Below are positions 56,487-64,000 of a stretch of 64,000 nt of DNA, piece by piece. This DNA comes from Lentimicrobiaceae bacterium. GTDB taxonomy: Bacteria; Bacteroidota; Bacteroidia; Bacteroidales; UBA4417. How positions within the stretch are numbered: the first letter of the stretch is position 1; every line of letters begins with the position of its first letter. A program made the position numbers and the translations under genes. The notes under the pieces are model-generated. The model was not told where the DNA came from, ran no database searches, and saw only the letters and a list, made by a program, of their open reading frames with translations. Location: assembly GCA_031550085.1 (NCBI GenBank), contig JAVBOY010000015.1, forward strand, positions 27,429 to 91,428, given 5' to 3'.

Positions 56487-56641
56487 GTTAAAAATTGTTA
56501 ACCTTATTGGTAAAATGTGTTAAACAAAAAGCTATTCAGCAGCATGGCCCTGCCAGACCCCCAATCAACACTGCAATAGCAATTTGGAACCCCGACAAAA
56601 CAAAGAATCTACAAGGTTTATATGTGCAGCCTTGTATTTTG

Positions 56642-56649
56642 TATTTTTG
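56642..56649 (+). promoter_or_regulatory. -7 box TAttTTTG upstream of capA-family gene
   Basis: tatttttg lies 23 nt upstream of the ATG at 56672. No good -33 element is present. Confidence 0.4.
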
Positions 56650-56671
56650 TCGAAATATTTGTTTAAAAAAA

Positions 56672-57826
56672 ATGCACTTGCACAAAAAGTACGGCCTTTT
56701 AATTTGCGCTGCGATCCTCCTCGCTTTTATCATCCTTTCATTTCAAAAAACCGAACAACCGCAGCTAGCTGCTAAAACCGATTCCATTCCCCAGGAAATC
56801 ACCCTTTTGTTTATGGGCGATATCATGCAACACATGCCTCAAATCGATGCTGCCTGGGACGAAAATTTGAACCGGTATGTATACGATTCCTGTTTTCGCT
56901 ATGTACAACCGCTGATTAGCAGCGCAGATCTTGCAATCGCAAATTTTGAAACAACATTAGCCGGAAAGCCCTACAGCGGTTATCCGCAATTTTGCGCACC
57001 CGATGAATTGGTCCAGGCAATGCTCAATGCCGGAATTGATTTGGCAGGAACTTGCAACAACCATTCGTGCGATAAAGGGAAAAAAGGCATCGAACGAACC
57101 ATCTCCGTGATGGACAGCCTGGGGTTACAACATTTCGGGACCTATAAAGATTCGCTTTCCTACCGGAAACAAAACCCTTTGTTGCTAATGAAGAAAGGAT
57201 TCCGCCTGGCTTTCTTGAATTATACCTACGGAACAAATGGAATCCCTGTACCCGCCGGAAACATTGTAAGTCTGATTGATACCAACACCATTTTTAAGGA
57301 TTTAAAGGCCGCCAAAGATTCTATCCCCGACAAAATCATCGTATTTATCCATTGGGGAGAAGAATATCAACGGGAACCCAATGATTTTCAAAAAACCATC
57401 GCCCGGTTTTGCTTTGCAAACGGAGCCGATTTTATCATCGGGTCGCATCCGCATGTGGTTCAGCCTATGGAATGGGAAAAAGCTTCTGCTTCGCAAAAAG
57501 ACCGGATTGTGGTTTGGTCAATGGGAAATTATGTTTCAAACCAACGCAAACGGTATACCGACGGCGGAGCTATGTTTTCGCTGACATTGGAAAAGAAAGG
57601 CAATTCGGTTTCCGTCAAAGATTGCGGATATCACCTTACCTGGGTTTACAATCCCATTAAAAACGGGAAACGAAATTACTACATCCTTCCGGTTACACAG
57701 TTTGAAACCGATTCCCTGTTTCTGGATAAAGAATCGAAAGCAGCTTTCAATCTATTTACCAGCGATTCGCGTGAGTTATTGCAAAAGAACAAGCAGGTGA
57801 ACGAGCTTCCCGCTTTTTCAAAATAG
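56672..57826 (+). CDS. CapA family (PGA_cap metallophosphatase-like) protein
   Basis: From the ATG at 56672 it reads MHLHKKYGLLICAAILLAFIILSF, a signal anchor. ITLLFMGDIMQH, GTCNNHSCD and FIHWGEEY motifs follow. The ORF-track start at 56495 adds 59 non-signal residues and spans the promoter. Confidence 0.8.
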   Translation: MHLHKKYGLLICAAILLAFIILSFQKTEQPQLAAKTDSIPQEITLLFMGDIMQHMPQIDAAWDENLNRYVYDSCFRYVQPLISSADLAIANFETTLAGKPYSGYPQFCAPDELVQAMLNAGIDLAGTCNNHSCDKGKKGIERTISVMDSLGLQHFGTYKDSLSYRKQNPLLLMKKGFRLAFLNYTYGTNGIPVPAGNIVSLIDTNTIFKDLKAAKDSIPDKIIVFIHWGEEYQREPNDFQKTIARFCFANGADFIIGSHPHVVQPMEWEKASASQKDRIVVWSMGNYVSNQRKRYTDGGAMFSLTLEKKGNSVSVKDCGYHLTWVYNPIKNGKRNYYILPVTQFETDSLFLDKESKAAFNLFTSDSRELLQKNKQVNELPAFSK

Positions 57827-57854
57827 AAGCCAGACCTTTTACTGTTTCAAATAG

Positions 57855-58820
57855 TTACTTCTTTTTTACCGTTTTTTTCACAAATTCCGCCACATCAAAG
57901 GCAACTTTTCCATTGATGGGAATGTCCGGGGACGTGTAGGAGGGCATCTGTTTTGCCATATCCTTACTCACACAATCTTTTAAGACATGATTCATACCTT
58001 CCAGAATCTTCAATACGGATGCCGGATTGGCCTCGTGCAACCGATTGGCATCGTCCTCGCTCACCTGGATATCGGATGTCCCCTGAATAATCAAAACCGG
58101 AATTGTTAAAGATGCAATTTCTTGGGCAGGATCATACCTGAACCAAGAAATCATGTAGGGCTGCACACTGTTTCGAAACAAGGCTTCAAAACCAAAAGGT
58201 ACTTTTTCACATAATTTTCCGGCTTTGAGGCTATCGATGATGGGGAAAGCTATATTTTTAACCGGATCGGGTTGGGAAGCCAGTTGCTTTTTCAAAATTT
58301 CATCGGCAGGAAATCCCGCCCCTTCCAACGAAACAAAGCCAGACACGGCAGTATTGTCCCGGCAGGCAATCATGCCGATCAACGAACCTTCGCTATGGCC
58401 TGCAACAACCACTTCTGAGAACCGCTGATCAGCATGCAACTGCGCAATCCAGTCTTTCGCATCGTTCACATAATCCTCAAAACGTAAATCGGCCTCCGAT
58501 CTTCCGGCAGCTTCACTGGATGCAATGCCGCGTTTGTCATAACGGAGTGTTGCAATACCTTCAGCACAAAGATTTTCGGCAAGCATTTTCAACGAATTGT
58601 TTTTCATTTGGGGATTGTTTCCATCCATATCGGTTGGGCCCGATCCCGCAATTAGCAAGACTACCGGACAAAGAGCACCGGAATGTTCCGGCAAACGTAT
58701 TTTCCCGTGAATAACGCCCGTTGCCGTTTGCAAGGTAACCGGAACTTCATGCGGATCCTGTGCTCCTGCTGTTAACAGCAGCAAACACATTGCCCATGTC
58801 AAGATTGTTGCTTTCATCAT
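57855..58820 (-). CDS. Secreted alpha/beta hydrolase
   Basis: From the ATG at 58820 the signal peptide is MMKATILTWAMCLLLLTAGAQD. The nucleophile elbow is VAGHSEGSLIG (GxSxG). The ORF-track extension to 59072 precedes an obvious signal peptide. Confidence 0.75.
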   Translation of the reverse strand: MMKATILTWAMCLLLLTAGAQDPHEVPVTLQTATGVIHGKIRLPEHSGALCPVVLLIAGSGPTDMDGNNPQMKNNSLKMLAENLCAEGIATLRYDKRGIASSEAAGRSEADLRFEDYVNDAKDWIAQLHADQRFSEVVVAGHSEGSLIGMIACRDNTAVSGFVSLEGAGFPADEILKKQLASQPDPVKNIAFPIIDSLKAGKLCEKVPFGFEALFRNSVQPYMISWFRYDPAQEIASLTIPVLIIQGTSDIQVSEDDANRLHEANPASVLKILEGMNHVLKDCVSKDMAKQMPSYTSPDIPINGKVAFDVAEFVKKTVKKK

Positions 58821-58889
58821 TATATCAAAATTTAGCATTGGAAAAACAGTTCTACCAAAGGTTTTGCAAAGAACCAGATGATTGTAAAG

Positions 58890-58922
58890 CAAAAATAAGC
58901 AATTTCCGGTTTGTGTTTTCAA
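58890..58922 (-). promoter_or_regulatory. Candidate hydrolase promoter TTG-N22-TAttTTTG
   Basis: The plus strand has caaaaata at 58890-58897 (reverse complement TATTTTTG) and caa at 58920-58922. The spacer is slightly long. Confidence 0.4.
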
Positions 58923-59242
58923 CGACCTCTTTCGTTTTCGGCAATTTTCCTGTTTGGAGTGTTTGTATTTTACGGTGACATCCCGGTAAGGTGTTTGAAG
59001 TACTTCCCAAAAAACGATTGGGATAAAACCGGTTTCATTAGTATCAATAAATAAACAATGGCCGCGGTTCATTTGGGATCAATCTTAGACAAAATAATAC
59101 CGGGGAAACAAAATTGCGTTTTGCGGGTTATTTTATGAAAATCATGCCGTTTTTCAGTTTGATTTTTTTGGTATTTCACAGTAAAATCCCCTTTGAAAAA
59201 CTATTTTTTGATCTTTTTTCAACCTAAACTGAGTAAAATAGC

Positions 59243-59254
59243 GAACAATTGTTC
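59243..59254. promoter_or_regulatory. Palindrome GAACAATTGTTC, putative TetR operator copy 1 (upstream of tetR)
   Basis: The same 12-bp core recurs at 60101-60112 and 60215-60226. This copy lies about 95 bp upstream of the best tetR promoter match. Confidence 0.5.
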
Positions 59255-59324
59255 ATTTTTAATTGTTGATTATCAGTTAAATAAAAATTATTTCGAAAAA
59301 ATATCGAATTTTTTCATGAAAAAG

Positions 59325-59356
59325 TTTGGTCAAAATAAAAAAGGACCATACTTTTG
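59325..59356 (+). promoter_or_regulatory. Candidate tetR promoter TTTG-N20-TActTTTG
   Basis: tttg at 59325-59328 and tacttttg at 59349-59356 give a full consensus match. The leader before the ATG at 59478 is about 115 nt. Confidence 0.6.
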
Positions 59357-59477
59357 CTGCGTGAATGAACGTTTATTTACTTCGATTGAAAATATAAAAT
59401 TGACCGGAAACAAAATTTACAAATTTTAAACTACATCTATAACAAAGCGAATAGCCAACAAAACATCTGATACGATA

Positions 59478-60077
59478 ATGGCATACGACACCAAAGAATA
59501 TATTTTGCAAAAAGCATTCGAGGTTTTCTTGACAAAAGGCTTCGACAGTACGTCCATGACGGTGCTGCAACAGGAATTTAAAATGTCGCGTGGAGCCATG
59601 TACCGTTACTTTGCCAGTAAAGATGAATTGTTTCGAGCCGTTATAGATAAATTTTTCTGGGGATTGGTTGATTTTATGCGTCCACGGGTCGAAAAAGGAG
59701 CAGGGCTGCCGGAACTTATTGAAGCCAGATGCCAAAGCATGGAGAATCTGGTTATGTATCTGAATAAGATAGAAGGTATTGACATGGTTTTCTTGAACTA
59801 TACCGCCTTAATTATTCAGGCTGCGAAACATTATCCCGGATTTTTTGAAAAATGGGAAATCAATAAAGTTTCCGAAGTGAAACAGTGGGAAACGGCGGTT
59901 CAGAATAGCATTGACAAGGGTGAAGTGCGTAGCGATGTAGACGTAAAAATGATGGCACGAATTTTCTCAAAAGCACTGTTTGACGACAATGACACAACGC
60001 CTATGAAAAGCTTTTCAAGCGTAGCAAAACTAACTAAAAAAATGATGAATTACGTTTATTCATTAATCCAGGTATAA
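59478..60077 (+). CDS. TetR/AcrR family transcriptional regulator
   Basis: 199-aa ORF. The N-terminal HTH is FDSTSMTVLQQEFKMSRGAMYRYFASKDELF. Confidence 0.88.
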   Translation: MAYDTKEYILQKAFEVFLTKGFDSTSMTVLQQEFKMSRGAMYRYFASKDELFRAVIDKFFWGLVDFMRPRVEKGAGLPELIEARCQSMENLVMYLNKIEGIDMVFLNYTALIIQAAKHYPGFFEKWEINKVSEVKQWETAVQNSIDKGEVRSDVDVKMMARIFSKALFDDNDTTPMKSFSSVAKLTKKMMNYVYSLIQV

Positions 60078-60080
60078 TCG

Positions 60081-60117
60081 ATTTTTTTTATTTCGCAAGT
60101 GAACAATTGTTCAAAAA
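60081..60117. repeat. 37-bp direct repeat copy 1 containing the 14-bp palindrome TGAACAATTGTTCA (putative operator)
   Basis: attttttttatttcgcaagtgaacaattgttcaaaaa is identical to 60195-60231. It begins 4 nt after the tetR stop. Confidence 0.65.
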
Positions 60118-60194
60118 GAATTACAAATCAAAATATGATGGGAACCCTCCTGCAATACAATGGTCGAAAAAACGAGGGAAATCTTAACTAAAAC

Positions 60195-60231
60195 ATTTTT
60201 TTTATTTCGCAAGTGAACAATTGTTCAAAAA
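60195..60231. repeat. 37-bp direct repeat copy 2 containing the 14-bp palindrome TGAACAATTGTTCA (putative operator)
   Basis: An exact copy of 60081-60117, offset by 114 bp. It lies 43 nt upstream of the metallophosphoesterase ATG (60274). Confidence 0.65.
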
Positions 60232-60273
60232 TCAAAATAATTTCATAAAATTTTTAAAATCAATTATACGCAA

Positions 60274-61128
60274 ATGCCTTTATTTTCGCTGACAACTGGG
60301 AAGACTTATCGTTCACAAAACATAAGAAAAAGGCAATTACTGCTTCTGGTAGCTGTTGTGTTTCTTAGCGGATGCAAAGATGTGTTTGAAATGCATCCTT
60401 ATGACGGGCGCGTTACGGGCGAGTGTGGAATGAACGATAAAAACATTGAAAAGATAGAACAAGCCTGCTCGAATAAAACAACCCTCCGCTTTATCATGAT
60501 GGGCGATTCACAAGATGCTTACGATGAGTTGGAAGATTTTGTAAACGCCGTAAATCAACGGGATGATATTGATTTTGTCATTCATGGGGGCGATATCTCC
60601 GACTATGGACTTACGAAAGAGTTTGAATGGGGGCGCGATATGATGAATAAGCTTAAAGTTCCCTATGTCGTCAACATCGGCAACCATGATTGTGTCGCAA
60701 CCGGAAAACATGTGTTCCAGAAAATATTCGGTACGGAGAATTTTTCCTTTGTAGCCGGTAATGTAAAATTTATTTGCCTGAATACCAATGCAATTGAATA
60801 TGACTACTCGAACCCCATCCCCGATTTTGCTTTTATCGAATCGCAACGCAACGACCCGGAAAGCGGATATGAAAAAACCGTCTTCGTGATGCATGCACCG
60901 CCTTACAACGAACAATTTAATAATAATGTAACCCGCTTGTTTTTGAAGACCCTTGAAGACTTTCCGAAAGTACAATTTTGCCTGAATGCACACAGGCATC
61001 GTATTTCAGTCGACGACTATGGAAATGGGCTGCTATTTTACGGCTGCGCCAGTATGAAAGACCGCAACTACCTTTTATTCACCATAACCCCTGATGATCA
61101 GTATACCTATGAAGCAGTGGGCTATTAA
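60274..61128 (+). CDS. Calcineurin-like metallophosphoesterase lipoprotein
   Basis: 284-aa ORF with lipobox VVFLSGC. The phosphoesterase motifs are MMGDSQD, GGDISD, GNHD and VMHAPP, plus a histidine block NAHRH. Confidence 0.8.
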   Translation: MPLFSLTTGKTYRSQNIRKRQLLLLVAVVFLSGCKDVFEMHPYDGRVTGECGMNDKNIEKIEQACSNKTTLRFIMMGDSQDAYDELEDFVNAVNQRDDIDFVIHGGDISDYGLTKEFEWGRDMMNKLKVPYVVNIGNHDCVATGKHVFQKIFGTENFSFVAGNVKFICLNTNAIEYDYSNPIPDFAFIESQRNDPESGYEKTVFVMHAPPYNEQFNNNVTRLFLKTLEDFPKVQFCLNAHRHRISVDDYGNGLLFYGCASMKDRNYLLFTITPDDQYTYEAVGY

Positions 61129-61750
61129 AATTCTCGGATTATTCATGCTATCTGTTTTTTCCTTGACTGTGGCAGCACAAGATACGAAATACGAGAAACG
61201 GATTGAAAACCGCAAAGAAAGGTGGAACAAGCTAATCCCCAGGTACAGCAAAGTGCAGTTTGCCGGTTCCATGGGATTGATCTCTGCCGGAAGTGGGTGG
61301 AGTTATGGAAAAAATGATTGCTGGGAAACCGATTTCTTGATTGGCTATGTTCCCAAGTACTCAACCAACGAAGGACATTTGACTTTAACCTTAAAACAAA
61401 ATTTTATACCGCAAAGCATTGTGCTGAAAAGAAACGGCTTTTTTTTGGAACCCTTCACAAGCGGATTGTATTTAAATGCCATATTCGGAGAGCATTTCTG
61501 GAGCAAACAGCCCGAGCGTTACCCAACCGGATATTATGGTTTTACGAGCAAATTCCGGTTTAACATTTGCATCGGCCAACGCATCGGATATGTCATTCCT
61601 GAAGAAAAAAGGCATTTTGCTAAATCCTACTCGGTTTTCTACGAAATAAGCACTTGCGACCTTTATCTTATTGAGGCGGCCAATAACCGGTCGCTTCCTG
61701 TGACAAACTTTTTGCACTTATCCTTAGGCCTGAAAATACAGCTATTCTAA
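61109..61750 (+). CDS. Small putative outer-membrane beta-barrel protein, unknown function
   Basis: From the ATG at 61109 the signal peptide is MKQWAIKILGLFMLSVFSLTVAAQ. The sequence shows alternating hydrophobic beta-strand periodicity. The C-terminus is LSLGLKIQLF, with the terminal Phe typical of OM barrels. It overlaps the upstream gene by 20 nt. Confidence 0.55.
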   Translation: MKQWAIKILGLFMLSVFSLTVAAQDTKYEKRIENRKERWNKLIPRYSKVQFAGSMGLISAGSGWSYGKNDCWETDFLIGYVPKYSTNEGHLTLTLKQNFIPQSIVLKRNGFFLEPFTSGLYLNAIFGEHFWSKQPERYPTGYYGFTSKFRFNICIGQRIGYVIPEEKRHFAKSYSVFYEISTCDLYLIEAANNRSLPVTNFLHLSLGLKIQLF

Positions 61751-61914
61751 ATCATTTACTGAAACATTAACGGTTTAAAGAAATTTATTAATATAAAAGT
61801 CACGGATACATTTTGAACAAATGCTATAAAAAAATTATCATACAAAATAACGGATCTATTAACCTTTTCCGGAAGAAAAACGAATCAATAAAATAGCCTC
61901 ATCAAGTAAAATCT

Positions 61915-63267
61915 ATGAAATCAACCATTTTATCCACCGCTCTTGTTTTACTCAGCATGCCGATGCTTTGGGCGCAAACCGGCAAAGTTACCAACTTGTC
62001 GCTCAACCAATGCGTACAAACAGCCATTGAAAAAAACATCAACGTACAAAATGCGCGCATCGAACAAGAAAAAAGCGGTTACAAAATTTCGGAAACCCGG
62101 GCAGCCTTGTTACCTAAAGTCAGTATCAGCGGAAGCTTTCAGGACAACCTGAAATTACCCACCACCATGCTTCCGGGTATTATTATCGGAGAACCGACGG
62201 ACATTCCCGTGCAAATGGGCTCTGTTTACAGTACCACCGCCGCCGCAACGGTAAATCAGGTTTTATTCAGTCAAACGGCCATAAGTGCACTGCGCCTCTC
62301 GCAAAAAGCACAAACACTGAGTGGACTGGCCGTTGAAAAAGCCAGCGAAGAATTGGCAACCGAAGTGTCAAAGCTTTACTTTATTGCCCTGACCACCTCG
62401 GAACAAGTAAAACTGGTCAACGAAAACATCAGCCGCATCCAACATCAGCGCGATATTACCAAGTTATTGGTCGATAACGGCATGGGTAAAAAAGTGGATT
62501 ACGACCGTATCAATGTGAATCTGGAAAATCTTTACACCCAACTGAGTAATACGCAAGCCGCTTACGAACAGCAACTGAACATGATCAAATACATGCTGGA
62601 TATTCCCCTTCGCGATAGCATTGTGTTAACCGGCAATGCCGAAAGTCCCCTGGTACAACAAGTGGTGGGAGAGAAAAACGATTTTTCGGAACATATTGAT
62701 ATCCGCATGATGGAATCGCAAAAAGAAATCAACGTATTGAATCAGAAAGTAATTAACAGCGGGTACCTCCCCACGCTTGCATTTACGGGACAATATATGT
62801 ACCAGGGGATGCGAAATGATTTCGGAAACTACTTCAAGGAATCGCCCGAGAACAAATGGTTCAATTCGGCATCCATCGGTTTGAACTTATCGATTCCCAT
62901 TTTCGACGGATTCGAAAAACGGTCGAAACTGCGTCAAACTCAACTGGATCACCGGAAAACGGTCGCCAACATCGAAGATACACAGGAATCCTTCCGCGTT
63001 AATTACCTGAATGCGGCAAACAACTACAAAAACAACCAAAATAATGTAACACGCCAAAAACAAAACATCGAACTGGCAGAAAACGTATATGCCGAAACAT
63101 CGCTGAAATACCGCGAAGGCCTGGCATCCATGAGCGACCTGTTGCAAGACGAAATGGGCCTGAGCAATGCGCAAGCAGGTTATCTGAATGCACTTTATAA
63201 TTTCAAAGAAGCTGAATTAAAAATCATGTCCCTCAACGGACAAATTAAATCCCTCATGAAGAATTAA
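61915..63267 (+). CDS. TolC-family outer membrane efflux protein
   Basis: 450-aa ORF with a signal peptide and two OEP repeat halves. LSLNQCVQTAIEKNINVQNARIE is typical of Bacteroidota TolC-like proteins. Confidence 0.88.
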   Translation: MKSTILSTALVLLSMPMLWAQTGKVTNLSLNQCVQTAIEKNINVQNARIEQEKSGYKISETRAALLPKVSISGSFQDNLKLPTTMLPGIIIGEPTDIPVQMGSVYSTTAAATVNQVLFSQTAISALRLSQKAQTLSGLAVEKASEELATEVSKLYFIALTTSEQVKLVNENISRIQHQRDITKLLVDNGMGKKVDYDRINVNLENLYTQLSNTQAAYEQQLNMIKYMLDIPLRDSIVLTGNAESPLVQQVVGEKNDFSEHIDIRMMESQKEINVLNQKVINSGYLPTLAFTGQYMYQGMRNDFGNYFKESPENKWFNSASIGLNLSIPIFDGFEKRSKLRQTQLDHRKTVANIEDTQESFRVNYLNAANNYKNNQNNVTRQKQNIELAENVYAETSLKYREGLASMSDLLQDEMGLSNAQAGYLNALYNFKEAELKIMSLNGQIKSLMKN

Positions 63268-63378
63268 AGATGAAGCAGTTTCAATAAAAAATTCATAATT
63301 CGGCATTTATCATTTAAAACACGCATTATTTAAAAATCCATTTTTAATTTTCCTCTTTTAATTCTTAATTTAAAAAAA

Positions 63379-64000
63379 ATGAAACGTAACACCGTAATAA
63401 CCACCGTGGTTTTGATTGCCTTGTTTGGCGCCATCATCTTTACTTTGGCAAAGAACAAAAAAGAAGTCGAAAGTCAAAAGCAACTGAAAACCGATGTTTC
63501 GGAAATCGCGACAACCACTGCATTGGCAGAGATGAAAGAAACAAATAGTATCCTGAATCTGGTGGGTACAGCCATGCCCGATAAAGAAGTAACTGTGGCC
63601 TCAGAATCGGCAGGAAAAATTGTACAGCTCAATTTTAAAATCGGTGATTTTGTGAACAAGGGAACTGTGTTGGCAAAAATTGACGACACCTATAAGCGTT
63701 TGTCTCTCGAAAATGCCCAGTTAAACTACAACAAATACAAAGAAGATTACGAGCGTTTCCAGGTGTTACGCAAAGGCGACGCCGTATCGGAAACCCAATT
63801 GCGCGATATGAAAGTAGCTTACGAAAATGCAAGCATCCAATTGGAAAATGCTAAAAAACAATTGGAAGACACCAAAGTAGTGGCTCCTTTCAGCGGGTTT
63901 ATTACTTCGAAAAACACGGAACTGGGCGCTTATGTCAATGTAAACACAGCCATCGCCGGAATAGCTGACATTGCCCAGTTGAAGGTAACGTTGGCCGTTT
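63379..64000 (+). CDS. Efflux RND-type periplasmic adaptor (membrane fusion protein), 5' portion; continues beyond right edge
   Basis: Hand translation from the ATG at 63379 gives MKRNTVITTVVLIALFGAIIFTLAK...VASESAGKIVQLNFKIGDFVNKGTVLAKIDD...VVAPFSGFITSKNTELGAYV, a biotinyl-lipoyl-like hairpin with coiled coil. It is open at the window edge, so it is absent from the ORF track. Confidence 0.85.
   Translation, partial: MKRNTVITTVVLIALFGAIIFTLAKNKKEVESQKQLKTDVSEIATTTALAEMKETNSILNLVGTAMPDKEVTVASESAGKIVQLNFKIGDFVNKGTVLAKIDDTYKRLSLENAQLNYNKYKEDYERFQVLRKGDAVSETQLRDMKVAYENASIQLENAKKQLEDTKVVAPFSGFITSKNTELGAYVNVNTAIAGIADIAQLKVTLAV

Noticed and set aside
56495-56671. N-terminal extension of the capA-family ORF; similar extensions at 58821-59072 (hydrolase), 46924-47025 (DUF1801), 56429-56476 (moxR) and 33813-33881 (porP)
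   Set aside because: These extensions start at TTG/GTG, precede obvious signal peptides or canonical family N-termini, and run through promoter motifs or neighbouring genes.
59193-59429. 78-aa ORF upstream of tetR
   Set aside because: It has a TTG start, lies in AT-rich low-complexity sequence, and spans the operator-like palindrome and the full-consensus tetR promoter.
60081-60231. The two identical 37-bp repeats as a CRISPR array
   Set aside because: There are only two copies with a 77-bp spacer and no cas genes. The repeat is built around a TetR-type palindrome next to a tetR gene.
60508-60999. 163-aa ORF antisense to the metallophosphoesterase gene
   Set aside because: It is nested antisense to a gene with all phosphoesterase motifs, and it has no features of its own.
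1-64000. Mobile elements, prophage, integrative island, defence system, tRNA/rRNA genes
   Set aside because: I saw no transposase, integrase, recombinase, phage structural, restriction-modification or Cas-like ORFs, no terminal inverted repeats, and no GC-rich cloverleaf-like intergenic segments. This was judged by eye only and should be confirmed with tRNAscan-SE, Infernal, ISEScan and a defence-system finder.

Overview
This 64-kb chromosomal segment has the hallmarks of a Bacteroidota genome: gliding/type IX secretion (T9SS) genes, a Bat aerotolerance operon, a MurF-Alr fusion, and TTG-N19-21-TAnnTTTG promoters. About 50 genes are tightly packed. I found no transposase, integrase, tRNA, rRNA or CRISPR. 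Housekeeping genes are lpdA (partial), slyD, mnmA, anmK, gcvH, ruvA, glmS, murF-alr, aspS, sdaA and queA. T9SS parts are unusually dense: sprA (2394 aa), a gldH-like lipoprotein and a porP-gldK-gldL-gldM-gldN operon. Two cargo proteins carry C-terminal T9SS sorting domains (an M28 peptidase and a GLUG-repeat protein). Other modules are a TPR histidine kinase/LytTR pair divergent from a vWA lipoprotein, a complete 8-gene MoxR-DUF58-X-BatABCDE operon, and a TetR-linked envelope/efflux cluster that runs off the right edge. Three structures are not explained by the gene list. First, an 840-bp gene-free gap (1717-2557) holds three diverged tandem copies of a non-coding unit. Second, a perfect palindrome occurs three times around tetR, twice inside an exact 37-bp direct repeat. 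Third, several isolated hairpins and palindromes sit in promoters and leaders. I found no convincing new multi-gene system such as a defence island, so candidates carry modest scores. Many ORF-track starts are upstream alternative start codons (TTG/GTG), and I corrected them where a signal peptide, an ATG or a promoter box argued for it.
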